NCBI GenBank assembly: GCA_051532055.1
Contig: JAOPTX010000004.1
Location: 126,930 to 190,929, forward strand
Direction of reading: 5' to 3'
Origin: Fibrobacterales bacterium
Lineage (GTDB): Bacteria > Fibrobacterota > Fibrobacteria > Fibrobacterales > JAOPTW01
Length of the DNA: 64,000 bases
Shown here: piece by piece, positions 49,221 to 60,400 of the stretch
Numbering within the stretch: the first letter of the stretch is position 1
Layout of the letters: the number at the start of each line of letters is the position of its first letter
Made by a program: the position numbers and the translations under genes
The notes under the pieces: generated by a model
What the model saw: the letters and a program-made list of their open reading frames with translations, nothing else
Database searches by the model: none
Told to the model about the DNA's origin: nothing

Positions 49221-52202
49221 TTATTTTTCAGTAGCAGTATAGACGCCATCCCAAACGTCACCTTTAGGTACTGGAGGATGAGTAGCATACTCCTGGCAGC
49301 GCTCAATAAATAGGTGGGATGGGGTTGTTTTGCATCCTGGGGCTCTATCGGGATGATGAGGTTCAAGAGCTAAGCACTCGGTAAAGAGGGCTTCAGCTTC
49401 ACTCCATTTTGTTGCAGTATAGAGTGCTCGTGCCTCAGTAAATTTTTCAACAAGCTCAAAGAGAATATCTGTTATATTCTCTTTGAGTGCAAGAAGCTCG
49501 TAGGTGATTACGGGTTCTGATTTGCCCATTACCTTTATCTCATCGATTACCCGTGAGAGGATCGTTCCATCAGTTGCATCAATGGTCTCTTGAGAACACA
49601 TGGTATAGACGCCGTATTGTTTTGCGCCTGACTCTAATCGTGCAGCAAGGTTTACGGCATCTCCCATCATAGTATAGTTCATCCGCACCGATGAGCCCAT
49701 ATTACCGGTTACAATTTGACCAGAATTAATGCCAATTCGCATGCGCATCCCATGAACAATTACGGGCCATTTCTCGCCTTGTGATGCCCAAAGGTCTCTG
49801 AGCTCTCCGAGCTTGTCTTGCATGAGCAGAGCGGCCTTACAGGCTGCTTGTGCGTGATAATCAATTTTAACTGGCGCCCCAAAAAAGGCTATGATCGCGT
49901 CTCCTTCGTACTTATCAAGTGTTCCTTGATACTCAAGAAGTATAGTGGTCATGGCGGTTAAATACTCATTGAGTAACTCAACCAATTTTGAGGGAGATCC
50001 TATTTTTTCTGAAAAGGTAGAGAAGCTTGCTATGTCGGTGAAGTACGCGGTTATAAAGTTTTCTTCTCCACCAAGTGAAGGTTTTTGATCGTTTGCAAGC
50101 ATTTCGTCAATGAGTTCTGGAGAGATGTAATTTTTAAATGCGTCAACGGCTTGTTTCTTTTCACGCTCTTCAAATATATAGCGGAATATTATTGTGGTAA
50201 AAAGCGATAGTATGAGTACAAGATAAGGCTTCGCCAGTGCCATATACGTACCATTGATCATGGTCTCTAGATTATAGATGAAGAGACCAAGGCCAATAAT
50301 GGCAATTAAAATTACGGTAATATAGGGACGGATGTATGAGGCTAAAAATGCGGTAACGATACTGCAGAGCAGCATAAGTAAAAGCAAGAGGTTATCGTCA
50401 ATGAATCTAATGTAATTACTGTTTAAAATGTTTTCGAGCATGTTGAGGTGAATGAGAACACCAGGGAAGTCACTTGAAGGTGCGGCAGAGACAATATCCA
50501 TAAGTGCCGCCGCAGACGAGCCAAGGATAAAAATTTTGCCCTGATAATATCCGGGGTCAATACGTCCAGAGACTACATCGTAATAGGAGATTGTTGCAAA
50601 TCCTTTGTTAGATCGTCCAGCATAGGTGTTACGTGAATGATGACTGAAATTTATCCGCATTCGCCCTTCTGCGGTGATTGGAATGAGGAGAGAATCACCT
50701 AATGAAAGTCTGCTTCCGTTGGGGAGTGCATTAATAGTTTCAATTCCATTATTGAGCAGTGCATTAATTGATGATTCGTTGAGGAGAATAAAGTTTGACT
50801 GATAGGTACCTGTGTATCTATGTCGATAGAGTGTCAGGTTACTTGCGAGATGGGCAATGTGTCCTACGGGAAGTGCGGACAGTTGCTGCGCTTCTTCTTG
50901 TAATGTCTGAATAACATAGGAGTTGATGTACGTCTCATCATCGTCATTGTCGGTGAGCATAAAAAAACCTTCATCTTCATCATAACTCAGAGTCACTCCA
51001 TGAGAGAGCGTATGTGCTACATCTTGGGGGCCTTGTATAAGTGAGTCGAGAGTCGGAGTATTGAGTATTGCCTGGGTCATTGGATGAGAAAGAGTTTGGG
51101 CGTCAAAAATATCGGTATGCATCTCACCATTTTTCTCTTTGGTAACAATGACTTGTGTTGCAACAGTGAGGTGGCGAAAGTTTGTGTCGTTCTCTTGTTG
51201 TGCGCGAACCATTTTTCTCTTTTTCAATAGTTCTCGAAGCATAGTCCAGGTGAGATTGGGATAACTGGTCGAAAGTGAGCCGAATGAATCTTTTATGAGG
51301 GTCACCGGGGGACCAATTTTGAGAGAATTACCTGGGTCAATAGTTATGTCTTGGGGAGAGGTACCCGTTGCCAGAAGCGCTGTTTGTAGTGCAATTACCG
51401 GGTAGAGCCCTGGAGTGTAGCTGAAATTAATACTTGGATTGGGAAAGCCTTGAAGGAGGTATTCAGAGCGGTGTACACCATCTTCATCGGGAATTACATT
51501 GACGAGGCCGATGGTGTGGGCTGCTTGGCCAAGTTCAGGAAATACATTGTCGAGTATATCCCAGTTATTGATGTCGAATGTTTGTGCGGTGACATATGCT
51601 GAGTGTGGGCTGATAGTGTCGTTCCATTGGGGGGTAGACAGAGGGCGCCATTGAGATTCGTGCAAATACATGACTGAACGACCTACCGTTGCTGCAATAA
51701 CCACATTGCCCGCTTCGGCAACTTCTGAAACAAATATTGAGTCGTGATTATAATAGGGCCGAATGTCATTGTAATAGGTATCCCAGTTTATGTCGGGAAG
51801 CACATTTTTAAGCATGTGTACTGCTTGATCTGTTTTGGAAGTACCAAAAAATGCTTTCTTAAAGAGGATATCAAAGGTGATTGCTGCAGCGCCACCTCTA
51901 CTGAGTTGTCGGACTACTTCGGCATGGTGGGTACGGGGCCACTGCCAATAAGGACCAAGTTTGGAGAGTGACGTTTCGTCAATATCAACAAAAACGATTC
52001 GTGATTCCACTTCTTCGAAATTGGGTTCTTCAAAGGAGTCATCCATAAACCATCGAAAAGAGGTATCGTAGAGTGCGTTTTCGAGTGAGGTGATGTATTG
52101 TTGATTTAAGCTAAATGAGCCAAGGAAATTAAGGGCAAATGGAATGACAAACGCAATAATAGTAGTGATTAAGAGTTTGCGGGTCTGTTTGGTTAATTTC
52201 AT
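49221..52202 (-). CDS. CHASE2-domain class III adenylate cyclase
   Basis: CHASE2 IVFVDIDETSL...WPRTHHA, DILF, DEDGVHR, PGVLIH; three TMs; FTDIASFS, LDKYEGDAI (Lys, pointing to ATP), YTMMGDAVNLAARLE, VMGK, WDGVY tail. Confidence 0.92.
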   Translation of the reverse strand: MKLTKQTRKLLITTIIAFVIPFALNFLGSFSLNQQYITSLENALYDTSFRWFMDDSFEEPNFEEVESRIVFVDIDETSLSKLGPYWQWPRTHHAEVVRQLSRGGAAAITFDILFKKAFFGTSKTDQAVHMLKNVLPDINWDTYYNDIRPYYNHDSIFVSEVAEAGNVVIAATVGRSVMYLHESQWRPLSTPQWNDTISPHSAYVTAQTFDINNWDILDNVFPELGQAAHTIGLVNVIPDEDGVHRSEYLLQGFPNPSINFSYTPGLYPVIALQTALLATGTSPQDITIDPGNSLKIGPPVTLIKDSFGSLSTSYPNLTWTMLRELLKKRKMVRAQQENDTNFRHLTVATQVIVTKEKNGEMHTDIFDAQTLSHPMTQAILNTPTLDSLIQGPQDVAHTLSHGVTLSYDEDEGFFMLTDNDDDETYINSYVIQTLQEEAQQLSALPVGHIAHLASNLTLYRHRYTGTYQSNFILLNESSINALLNNGIETINALPNGSRLSLGDSLLIPITAEGRMRINFSHHSRNTYAGRSNKGFATISYYDVVSGRIDPGYYQGKIFILGSSAAALMDIVSAAPSSDFPGVLIHLNMLENILNSNYIRFIDDNLLLLLMLLCSIVTAFLASYIRPYITVILIAIIGLGLFIYNLETMINGTYMALAKPYLVLILSLFTTIIFRYIFEEREKKQAVDAFKNYISPELIDEMLANDQKPSLGGEENFITAYFTDIASFSTFSEKIGSPSKLVELLNEYLTAMTTILLEYQGTLDKYEGDAIIAFFGAPVKIDYHAQAACKAALLMQDKLGELRDLWASQGEKWPVIVHGMRMRIGINSGQIVTGNMGSSVRMNYTMMGDAVNLAARLESGAKQYGVYTMCSQETIDATDGTILSRVIDEIKVMGKSEPVITYELLALKENITDILFELVEKFTEARALYTATKWSEAEALFTECLALEPHHPDRAPGCKTTPSHLFIERCQEYATHPPVPKGDVWDGVYTATEK

Positions 52203-52425
52203 GCTGGTTCAACTTATAAATATACCCTCTAATTTAACTATGATTTTGAGATAATTACCACAATTTACTCAAAAATAAGGAAAATTCTGCATATTTGCAT
52301 ACGCTGATTGCAAGGGTGATCTCCTTCAGTGATTTAAAAGTCAGGGCACATTTGTTCCCATAAAAAGGGCCTATTTTAAGTATATTTTCGAACACATTGT
52401 AATTGTTTTCACCCACGAGATCTTC

Positions 52426-53511
52426 ATGAGTACCCTGAAACGCACCCCGCTTTTTAATGAATATGCTAAGTATAATGGAAAAATAGTCCCTTTTGCAGGA
52501 TATGAGATGCCTGTCTCTTTTGCTGGAATTAAAGCAGAACACGAGGCAGTGCGAGAACGAGCTGGTATTTTTGATGTTTCTCATATGGGCCTTTTTTACG
52601 TGAATGGTGAAGGGTCAGAGCTCTTTTTAAATAGTATTACAACCAATAATGTGAGCAAATTGGTCACATTACAAGTCCAGTATTCTGCCTTTTGTAATGA
52701 GTCAGGCGGGGTTATTGATGATATTCTCGTCTATAAATTGGGTACAGAATCGTATCAAATTATAGTGAATGCGGCAAATATCGATAAAGATTATGAATGG
52801 GTAACATCTCATATTCCAGATGGGGTTTCTGTGGATAATGCAAGTCCAGAAATGTGTATTTTAGCATTACAAGGACCTTTTGCTGCAAAAATAGCAGAAA
52901 AGGTGTGCGGACAAAGCTTGGGTGTAATCGATTATTATAATGCTTTTAAAACGACCATTGCAGGCGAAGAATTTTTAGTGTCTCGTACAGGATATACTGG
53001 TGAAGATGGATTTGAGTTTTTTCCTACAAATAAATCAGCAGTTTCTGTTTGGAATGCTTTGATTGAGGCGGGTCAAGAGCATGGTTTAGAGCCTATCGGT
53101 CTAGGTGCTCGTGACACCCTTAGGCTTGAAGCAGGGTTCTCTCTCTATGGGCAAGAGCTCAATGACGAACGTAACGTACTTGAATCGGGGCTTGGCTGGA
53201 TAACAGATCTAAATAAAAAGAATTTTATTGGTAAAGAGGCATTGACAAATTCTAAGGCCGCTGGTTTCAATAACAAAATAGTTGGTATAGAGCTTATCGA
53301 TAAAGGTATCCCTCGGATAGGCTGTAGCGTTGCAGTAAATGGAACTGTTATTGGTGAGATAACCTCAGGGTCGGTCATACCTACTACAGCAAAAGCGATC
53401 TCGATGGCGTTTATCAGCGCAGAGTATGCTAAGGTAGGAAGCGAAGTCGATGTGTTGATTAGAGATAAAGCTAAAAAAGCAAGAGTGGTTTCTCGTCGTT
53501 TTAAAAAATAG
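52426..53511 (+). CDS. gcvT: Glycine cleavage system aminomethyltransferase T
   Basis: [56 protein letters not shown]. Confidence 0.96.
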   Translation: MSTLKRTPLFNEYAKYNGKIVPFAGYEMPVSFAGIKAEHEAVRERAGIFDVSHMGLFYVNGEGSELFLNSITTNNVSKLVTLQVQYSAFCNESGGVIDDILVYKLGTESYQIIVNAANIDKDYEWVTSHIPDGVSVDNASPEMCILALQGPFAAKIAEKVCGQSLGVIDYYNAFKTTIAGEEFLVSRTGYTGEDGFEFFPTNKSAVSVWNALIEAGQEHGLEPIGLGARDTLRLEAGFSLYGQELNDERNVLESGLGWITDLNKKNFIGKEALTNSKAAGFNNKIVGIELIDKGIPRIGCSVAVNGTVIGEITSGSVIPTTAKAISMAFISAEYAKVGSEVDVLIRDKAKKARVVSRRFKK

Positions 53512-53524
53512 ATATTGAGGTAGT

Positions 53525-56218
53525 GTGGCAGTTACGAAAGCAAAGAAAAAAGCAGTGAAGAAACCTGCAACAAAATCGGCGCGTAAAACAAGTGTTGATG
53601 AAGAAGAGAGCGACTTGAATTCAACGGGCCGTGAGATAGGAGGGTGGTTTTTTATTGCCCTTGCTACACTCTTTCTTATATCACTACTTTCTGAGTTTGC
53701 CTCTGCTGGTAGTGCTAATCTTATGGGAGCCTATCTTGGAGAATGGCTCGCAACAACACTTATTCGAATTGCTGGGAAACTTCCCTCATTACTCTTCATT
53801 GTTATGCTCTTTTCACTCGGTATTCATGTGTTACAGCTTTCAGTGATTAAAGTGTCGAGTCGATTTACCGGGTTTATGTTACTCCTTTTTATAGAGATAT
53901 CTATTCTGTTGAGTTTAAAAAATCTTGAAGTCGCGCAGTTTGCTTTGGAAGATTTTGAAAATACTGGTGGGGTTGTGGGCAATTTTTTGGTTGACTTCCT
54001 CTACGCGTCCCTTTTTGGAGAGTCTACCTTTCTTGCCTACGCATTTACTCTCACTGCCCTGTTCTTTAGTGTGATTTGGGCCACTGAATTTAGACCATCT
54101 ACCATTATCGATAAGGTATTAATTACCGTATCTGATTATCGTGAAGAGGCTCGCCTCAGAAAGGTAGCCAAACGTCAAGAGCTTGAGAATCGAGTGAAAG
54201 AGTATGAAGCAGCCGAAATAGAGGTGGTAAAGAAGGCTAAGAAGAAAAAGAAAAGTGAACCGAAAGTTGCTGATACAACACAGGAAACACCATTTTTTGA
54301 GCCTATTGAAGATGATGCTGATATTAGTAATGACTATGTGAATGAACTCAAAGAGATGGCAAAAGATCCAACCCTTGACCCCCGTGAGAAAAGACGAGTA
54401 CGAGATGAACTTGCACGGGTACAACGGATGTCAGAGCTGAATGATTGGGAAGACCGCGATACACAAAAGGTGAAAATTGGTGGACTCATCGGAAAGCAGG
54501 GGGCAAAAGGCTCCAAGGCCGAAGAGGGTGCAGAGTCGACTAAAAAATTGACTAAAAAAGAGAGTAAGGCGCTACAGAATAAAAAAAGCGATTCTGAATC
54601 TATTGCGGGTGATCTTAAGCAAGAGGCAGAAAATAACAGTGGCACTGAAATATCAGAGGATGAGAAAGAGACTAAAGCGATCTCGGTGATTAAACAACGA
54701 GAGATAACCGCGGCTAAAAAGAGAGAAGTGAAGTACGACACGTATGTGATACCTGAAGTAACCACTCTTCTCCCATCACCCCCTTTTCAGGAAGTGAGTT
54801 ATACTGAAGCTGAATTGATGGATTTGAGTAAACATCTCGAAGTACAGCTCGCTAATTTTAGGGTAAAGGGGAAGGTGACAGGGATATGTACCGGTCCGAT
54901 TATTACACGTTTTGAAATTGACCTTGCTCCTGGAGTAAAGGTTTCAAAAATTTCTGGGTTATCCGATGATCTTGCTCTGGCACTTAGGGCAAAGTCGGTA
55001 AGAATTCTTGCGCCCATACCAGGCAAAGCTGCAGTGGGAATTGAAATTCCCAACTTAAAGCCTCATATTGTTTTTGGACGCGATGTATTTGAGTCAGATG
55101 CTTTTCAGACAGGTCCCGATAATATAATGCTTGCTCTTGGTAAAGATATTGCAGGGGATGCCTTTACACTCGACCTTGCAGCTGCCCCTCATTTATTGAT
55201 TGCGGGTCAAACAGGGTCGGGTAAGTCAGTTTGTATTAATACTATTATGGCTTCAATTATTGCAACAAAAACCCCTGATGAACTAAGAATGATTCTTGTG
55301 GATCCTAAAGTGGTTGAACTAAAGCCGTATGAAAAAATTCCTCATCTACTCCATCCGGTAATTACCAGTCCCGATATTGCAATTCAAGCACTTAAGTGGG
55401 CATGTATCGAAATGGATAGACGCTATGAGGTTTTAGCGAAGGGTGGTGTGAGAAACCTCTTTGGCTTTAACCAAAAATTCAAAGATGGAGCCCTTGAAGG
55501 GCGCGTTGATACAGAAGATAATATGCTCATGCCTTACTTGGTTATTGTTATTGATGAGCTTGCCGACCTTATGATGGTGGCCGGTAAAGAGGTTGAAACA
55601 TCTATTGCTCGTATTGCCCAAAAGGCTCGGGCAGTGGGTATTCATTTAATACTTGCGACTCAGCGTCCATCGGTGCAAGTAATTACCGGTACAATTAAGG
55701 CAAATCTCCCCTCACGTATTTCATTTAAAGTGGCATCTCAGATTGATGCACGAACTGTACTTGATAAAATGGGAGCTGAGAAGTTACTTGGTCGTGGTGA
55801 TATGCTTGTACGGACGGTGAGAGATCCTGAAGCGGTCCGGGCTCATGGTGCATTTCTTTCGGATCAAGATATTGAAGCGATTGTAGAGCAGTCGGCAAAT
55901 CAGTTTGTGAACTATCCGCAACTCGAAGCTTTTGATACTGGAGAAGGTGATGGGGCTACCGAAGCAGATTTTGGACCACGGGACTCTAAATTCAATGAAG
56001 CAGCTGAGTTGGTAGTACATGCAGGGTCGGCCTCAACCTCAATGCTTCAACGTAGACTTGGAGTGGGGTATGCTCGTGCAGGTAAAATTATAGACCAGAT
56101 GGAGGGCAATGGGATTATCGGCCCTCCTAAAGGTTCTAAGCCCCGTGAAGTATTACTTAATGACACAGAGCTTATGAGTTTTTTATCGGGTGATGTTGAT
56201 CAAATAATATTGGATTAA
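53525..56218 (+). CDS. ftsK: DNA translocase FtsK
   Basis: N-terminal TM domain, PHLLIAGQTGSGKSV, IDELADLMM, RAVGIHLILATQRPS, GAEKLLGRGDML, gamma domain SMLQRRLGVGYARAG. Confidence 0.96.
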   Translation: MAVTKAKKKAVKKPATKSARKTSVDEEESDLNSTGREIGGWFFIALATLFLISLLSEFASAGSANLMGAYLGEWLATTLIRIAGKLPSLLFIVMLFSLGIHVLQLSVIKVSSRFTGFMLLLFIEISILLSLKNLEVAQFALEDFENTGGVVGNFLVDFLYASLFGESTFLAYAFTLTALFFSVIWATEFRPSTIIDKVLITVSDYREEARLRKVAKRQELENRVKEYEAAEIEVVKKAKKKKKSEPKVADTTQETPFFEPIEDDADISNDYVNELKEMAKDPTLDPREKRRVRDELARVQRMSELNDWEDRDTQKVKIGGLIGKQGAKGSKAEEGAESTKKLTKKESKALQNKKSDSESIAGDLKQEAENNSGTEISEDEKETKAISVIKQREITAAKKREVKYDTYVIPEVTTLLPSPPFQEVSYTEAELMDLSKHLEVQLANFRVKGKVTGICTGPIITRFEIDLAPGVKVSKISGLSDDLALALRAKSVRILAPIPGKAAVGIEIPNLKPHIVFGRDVFESDAFQTGPDNIMLALGKDIAGDAFTLDLAAAPHLLIAGQTGSGKSVCINTIMASIIATKTPDELRMILVDPKVVELKPYEKIPHLLHPVITSPDIAIQALKWACIEMDRRYEVLAKGGVRNLFGFNQKFKDGALEGRVDTEDNMLMPYLVIVIDELADLMMVAGKEVETSIARIAQKARAVGIHLILATQRPSVQVITGTIKANLPSRISFKVASQIDARTVLDKMGAEKLLGRGDMLVRTVRDPEAVRAHGAFLSDQDIEAIVEQSANQFVNYPQLEAFDTGEGDGATEADFGPRDSKFNEAAELVVHAGSASTSMLQRRLGVGYARAGKIIDQMEGNGIIGPPKGSKPREVLLNDTELMSFLSGDVDQIILD

Positions 56219-56226
56219 GGTTTTCC

Positions 56227-57438
56227 TTAGTCTAAGCGTTTTTCTAAAACAGCTCTATTCTTTATTATTGTTTCACGGTGATCATTGCTCGGGAATGTTT
56301 CTATGCATTGATTCAGGTGGCTTAGTGCGCGCTCAAGTAGTTTTCGTTCAGTTGATGTACCTCGGTGACTAAATGACTCTTTGAGGGCTTGTGAGGCTAA
56401 TACGCGTCTCTCCTTGCAGTAGCTGTTGCCGATTTCTTTCATCAGTTGCTGTACTTCAGCCCGGTGTTTAGTGTGTTCAATGGATTGAAGGAGCTCAAGT
56501 GCCATGAGGTACTGTCCTTGGTTAATGCTCGATTTTGCTTCTGCCAATAGGGCGTCGCTATTTTTAACTGAGGCGGTAGTATTAAACTCCTGCTCTTTTT
56601 GATCAATAGCAATTGCTAATTTACTGTAGAGGTACTCTTTCTCAATATGGCGATACTTTTTATTGAGTTCACCAAGTCTTGTGCGCGCCAAGGCAAAGTC
56701 ACCTTTCATATTCATTGCTTTTTTTAATTGTTCGAGAATCACTTGGGCATTTTGGAGGTCTCGGGTTATAACTTTTTTAAGGAGGGTATCAATTTGTTGG
56801 GCGATATCTGAAGTGGGTGGGGTCCCTCCCATTGCATCGACCATATATGTGATTTCATGATAGTCGGCTTTCATGAATATCTTACGATTGATTTTTTGAA
56901 TTAACTTTTTCCATTTGGTTATTACTTCTGAAGAGTCCATAATCTGGATTTCAGTCTGGTTTTTCGCAATGTCACTCATAATGCGATAGTGCTCCTGGTC
57001 TGCTGTAAGCTCATCTGAAAATAATTTCCCCTCATTTATATGTTGGTCGCTTTTTTGAAGCAGTGCATTGAGCGTTGCTTTTTGTTGGAGTAATCGTTTG
57101 TCTTGATCACGGCTGGGGAGGAGCTTAAAAAGATCTAAGGTTTGAGTATACTTACCTGCGCGCATAGATTGGGCAATGCAATCGCTCAGTTGATCGAAAT
57201 TAAATGCAGGTACCTGTTCACTGTCACAGTGAGGCTTCTCTTCATTCCAATCCGTAAGTGGAGTAAACTCAATAGCGGTGTCGTGGGTGGTTTCTGAGGT
57301 GTCAACAATAAAAAGTGTGTCGGTAATAATGCGTTTGGTCGGGTCGGGTCGACGCGTTTCATTTTTGACGGAGGTAGTGCTACATCCAAGGACAATGAGT
57401 GATAGACAACAATGAGCTATAAGAGATACCGGTTTCAT
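56227..57438 (-). CDS. Alpha-helical (TPR-like) lipoprotein of unknown function
   Basis: Lipobox VLGC, Thr-rich linker, helical-repeat-like segments (LLAEAKSSINQGQYLMALELLQSI; ALSHLNQCIETFPSN). Starts 2 nt after the PBP stop. Confidence 0.7.
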   Translation of the reverse strand: MKPVSLIAHCCLSLIVLGCSTTSVKNETRRPDPTKRIITDTLFIVDTSETTHDTAIEFTPLTDWNEEKPHCDSEQVPAFNFDQLSDCIAQSMRAGKYTQTLDLFKLLPSRDQDKRLLQQKATLNALLQKSDQHINEGKLFSDELTADQEHYRIMSDIAKNQTEIQIMDSSEVITKWKKLIQKINRKIFMKADYHEITYMVDAMGGTPPTSDIAQQIDTLLKKVITRDLQNAQVILEQLKKAMNMKGDFALARTRLGELNKKYRHIEKEYLYSKLAIAIDQKEQEFNTTASVKNSDALLAEAKSSINQGQYLMALELLQSIEHTKHRAEVQQLMKEIGNSYCKERRVLASQALKESFSHRGTSTERKLLERALSHLNQCIETFPSNDHRETIIKNRAVLEKRLD

Positions 57439-57440
57439 TA

Positions 57441-60400
57441 CTAATCCTTGATGGTGTAAATGTAGGGGAGTGTGTTTGAGCCTTTGTCTGTAGTATTAAA
57501 TATCCCTGTCAGTGGGTCAACGGCTTTCTGGATTCCCCAGAGAGAATTTATGGGAGTTATTTTGTTAGAGATAAGAAGTTCAAAGTCGAGAAAATCAACA
57601 TTTTTATGAACCGAGTCTGCAGTAATAATGACGTTAGCCATGTCGGCCCATTGAGGGAGGGGCCCTGAGGCTCCAGAAACTTTTAAGGCTCTCGATATCA
57701 TAGGTTTATTATTGTCGAAGCCCACATAGCTCCCTAATGTGTAGCCGGCATAAGGTGTAAAACCATCTGCCGAATCATCCCAGCCAGCAAGCCCACCAAG
57801 GAAGGCGGCGTTTCGGAAGCTGTTGGTAGTGCCAGTTTTACCATAGAGGGGGTATTGAAATTTTTCATCGGACTCAGGGTTTTTTAATGAGACCGTTCTG
57901 TTTGCAAAGCGTCCTGTGCCGTTCTCAATAACTGACCTGAGCATGATTGTCATTTGAGAAACAAGAGTGTCGTTGAGTACGTGTCGTTCTTGTATGTCAT
58001 TTTCAAAAATAATTTCACCAGCATTATTATATATCTTTTCAATAAGTACTCCTTCACCCCATTCATTGAGAAGGCCCTTGTATTGTTTTCCCGAAAGGAT
58101 TGTTTCATAGGCGTGTGTTATTTCTGAAAGATGAATGTCATTTGCGCCCAAGGGGAGAGAGAGAACTTTTTCGAGGGATTGGGTGATGCCTACTCGTTTG
58201 CAAAAATCTATGTAGACCTCCATTGAAAGACTCGTGTTGAAGTCAGGGAAGTACCGCAAGTTTTCAGGTTGAATCATCTCATTTTTCTTCAATGGAGAAC
58301 CAATGAGGCGTACGAGTGAGTCGAGATAGGTTTTTTGGATGCCACCATTGATATAAAGTGAATCGAGGGTAGGATATATTGTTTCTTTAGGAAGGGCCTT
58401 CCAAGGGGCGTCTGGCTTTCGTAAAAAACTTCCATAGCGATTGAGTGAGTCATTGTAGTAAATGGGGCGCTTGTCAATACCATTCAATGCAGCGGTATGG
58501 TAAAGGAAGTTGTTCAGAAGGAATTTTTTGGTGGTGGGGTTCTTTTGTTTTGCGTATTGTTTTTTAAAGCCGTGACCGCACTGCATTTGTTTTACAAATT
58601 GAATTTGGTCCATGTCCTCAAGAAAGGCAAGCTCGGTCATAAGCTGCTCTTTGGCTTTAGCAAACCTCATTTCAAGGTTGGCTTTTTTATTGAGATGGAG
58701 GCCCAGTGAATCTCTCAGGCGTTCATAGTATGCATTGTCGGATTCATCAGAGGCAGGGGTAAAGCGAAAACGCTTAGCTTGATTCCAGAATTTGCCACTG
58801 GGCAGTTTATCTAAGAGGTGGGTCAGTAGATAAATAGAAGCAATATTTTCTGATCGAGTAGCGGCCCAAGTGAGGCTGACTTGATTGCCCCTTTTTTTGT
58901 GATCGGGATTGGGAAAATAAAAACTGGTTGAGTATTGAAACACATTATTTTCATTTTCGAGGAGGTCCATATATCCCCAACCATTTTCTAACGCTGTAGC
59001 ATAAAGAAGCGGCTTCCATGATGAACCGAATTGGCGATTTGCTCTTGAGATTCGGTCATATCCTCGATTGCGAAAACCGTTACTCACCCCTTGTATTTTA
59101 CCTTGATGCAGGAGATAACTCGCTCCCTCAATAGTTGGTTCTTGTTCAATGCTGTATTGAGCATCATCGAGACCTTGAGGTGTATTGATTGTTCTGAGGT
59201 AGAGTATGGCTCCAGATTTAATAAGAGGATTAATGAGGGTGTTGTACCGCTTAGATGAGAGAGACCACGTACGCCCATATTTATGGGATGCTTGTTTGAG
59301 GGCCCATTTTTTGAGCTCCTTCTTCTCAATGGTTCCTTGTACCTGCCCCATTGATATGTGTACTTTAGTGATAGAACCTTTTGTAGACCTTTCTATTTGT
59401 TCCACCTTTCCGTAGCCAAATTCACCTGGTGTAGTGTATGAATATTTTGAAGGCTTTTCTCGTGAAGGTTTTTTATATCCATTGATGAGGGTTTCAAGAC
59501 GTGATAAGTTTTTCTTATTACTATGGACGAGGCCGTCTTGAAGGTCTTTCCGAAGTGTGGTAATAATGGTTAATTGAGACTCTTCCCAGGGAACGAGCCC
59601 TTCATCAATAAGTATTTTTTGCATCTCTTCGGATTGAAGCTGTTGATAGACCCAGCTCATAGGGGTAGAGAGGGCGCTTTTGAAGTTGCCTTTATCGAAG
59701 GCGAGGGTGTCATTTACCGCTTGTAGTCGTTCGGTCTCAGAGATGTACCCTTCAGTGCTCATTCGGTTGAGGATATAGTTAGTACGATGTACCCCTCGTG
59801 TAAGGGCGGTGTTTTTGCGCTCTTGGGTGCGTTTAATAAAAGGGTCGTAGTTAGAGGGGCCTTTTACTGATCCAGCAATAAAGGCGCATTCCCGAAGGGT
59901 GAGTTGATCGAGCGTTTTATTGAAGAAGTATTTAGCGGCAATGGCTACACCGCGTCCAGTGCCAGATACATAAAACTGATTGAGATAAAATTCTAAAATT
60001 TGCTCTTTAGTGAAATAGTATTCAAGGCGCTTCGCATAGATGAGCTCTTTCACTTTTCGAGTAAGAGTTCGGTCGTACAGAGAGAAGAGATTTTTCGCTG
60101 CCTGTTGAGTGAGGGTAGAGCCCCCCTGTTTTTTTCCCGTAGTTATGGTTTTAAAGAGTGCGCGACCAAAACCTTTGGGATCAAAGCCTTCATGTGAAAA
60201 GTAATTTTGGTCTTCACCGGCAATAAGTCCCTGAACAATATGCTGAGGAATAGTCGCGTAGTCTGCATAGCGTCGATGTTCTTTACTGAAAAATGCCCCC
60301 AGCTGATTATCTTCATCCTCATAGAGTACTACGGTTTCGCTTTTGAGGGTATTGAGGATGGCATCTTTAGTCATCTCGTTATGAGGATCTTGTGATGGCA

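Noticed and set aside
49180..49225. Second sigma-28-like -10 (ACCGATAA, minus strand) upstream of the hybrid kinase
   Set aside because: The -35 at N11 spacing (AATAATTT) is a poor match, and the element is one arm of a GCCGAT...ATCGGT inverted repeat after the cyclase stop.
52203..52425. Possible glycine riboswitch upstream of gcvT, and ORF 52255..52584
   Set aside because: No GGAGA...CCGAAG...CTCTCAGG elements found. The ORF is antisense to gcvT and spans the divergent promoter region.
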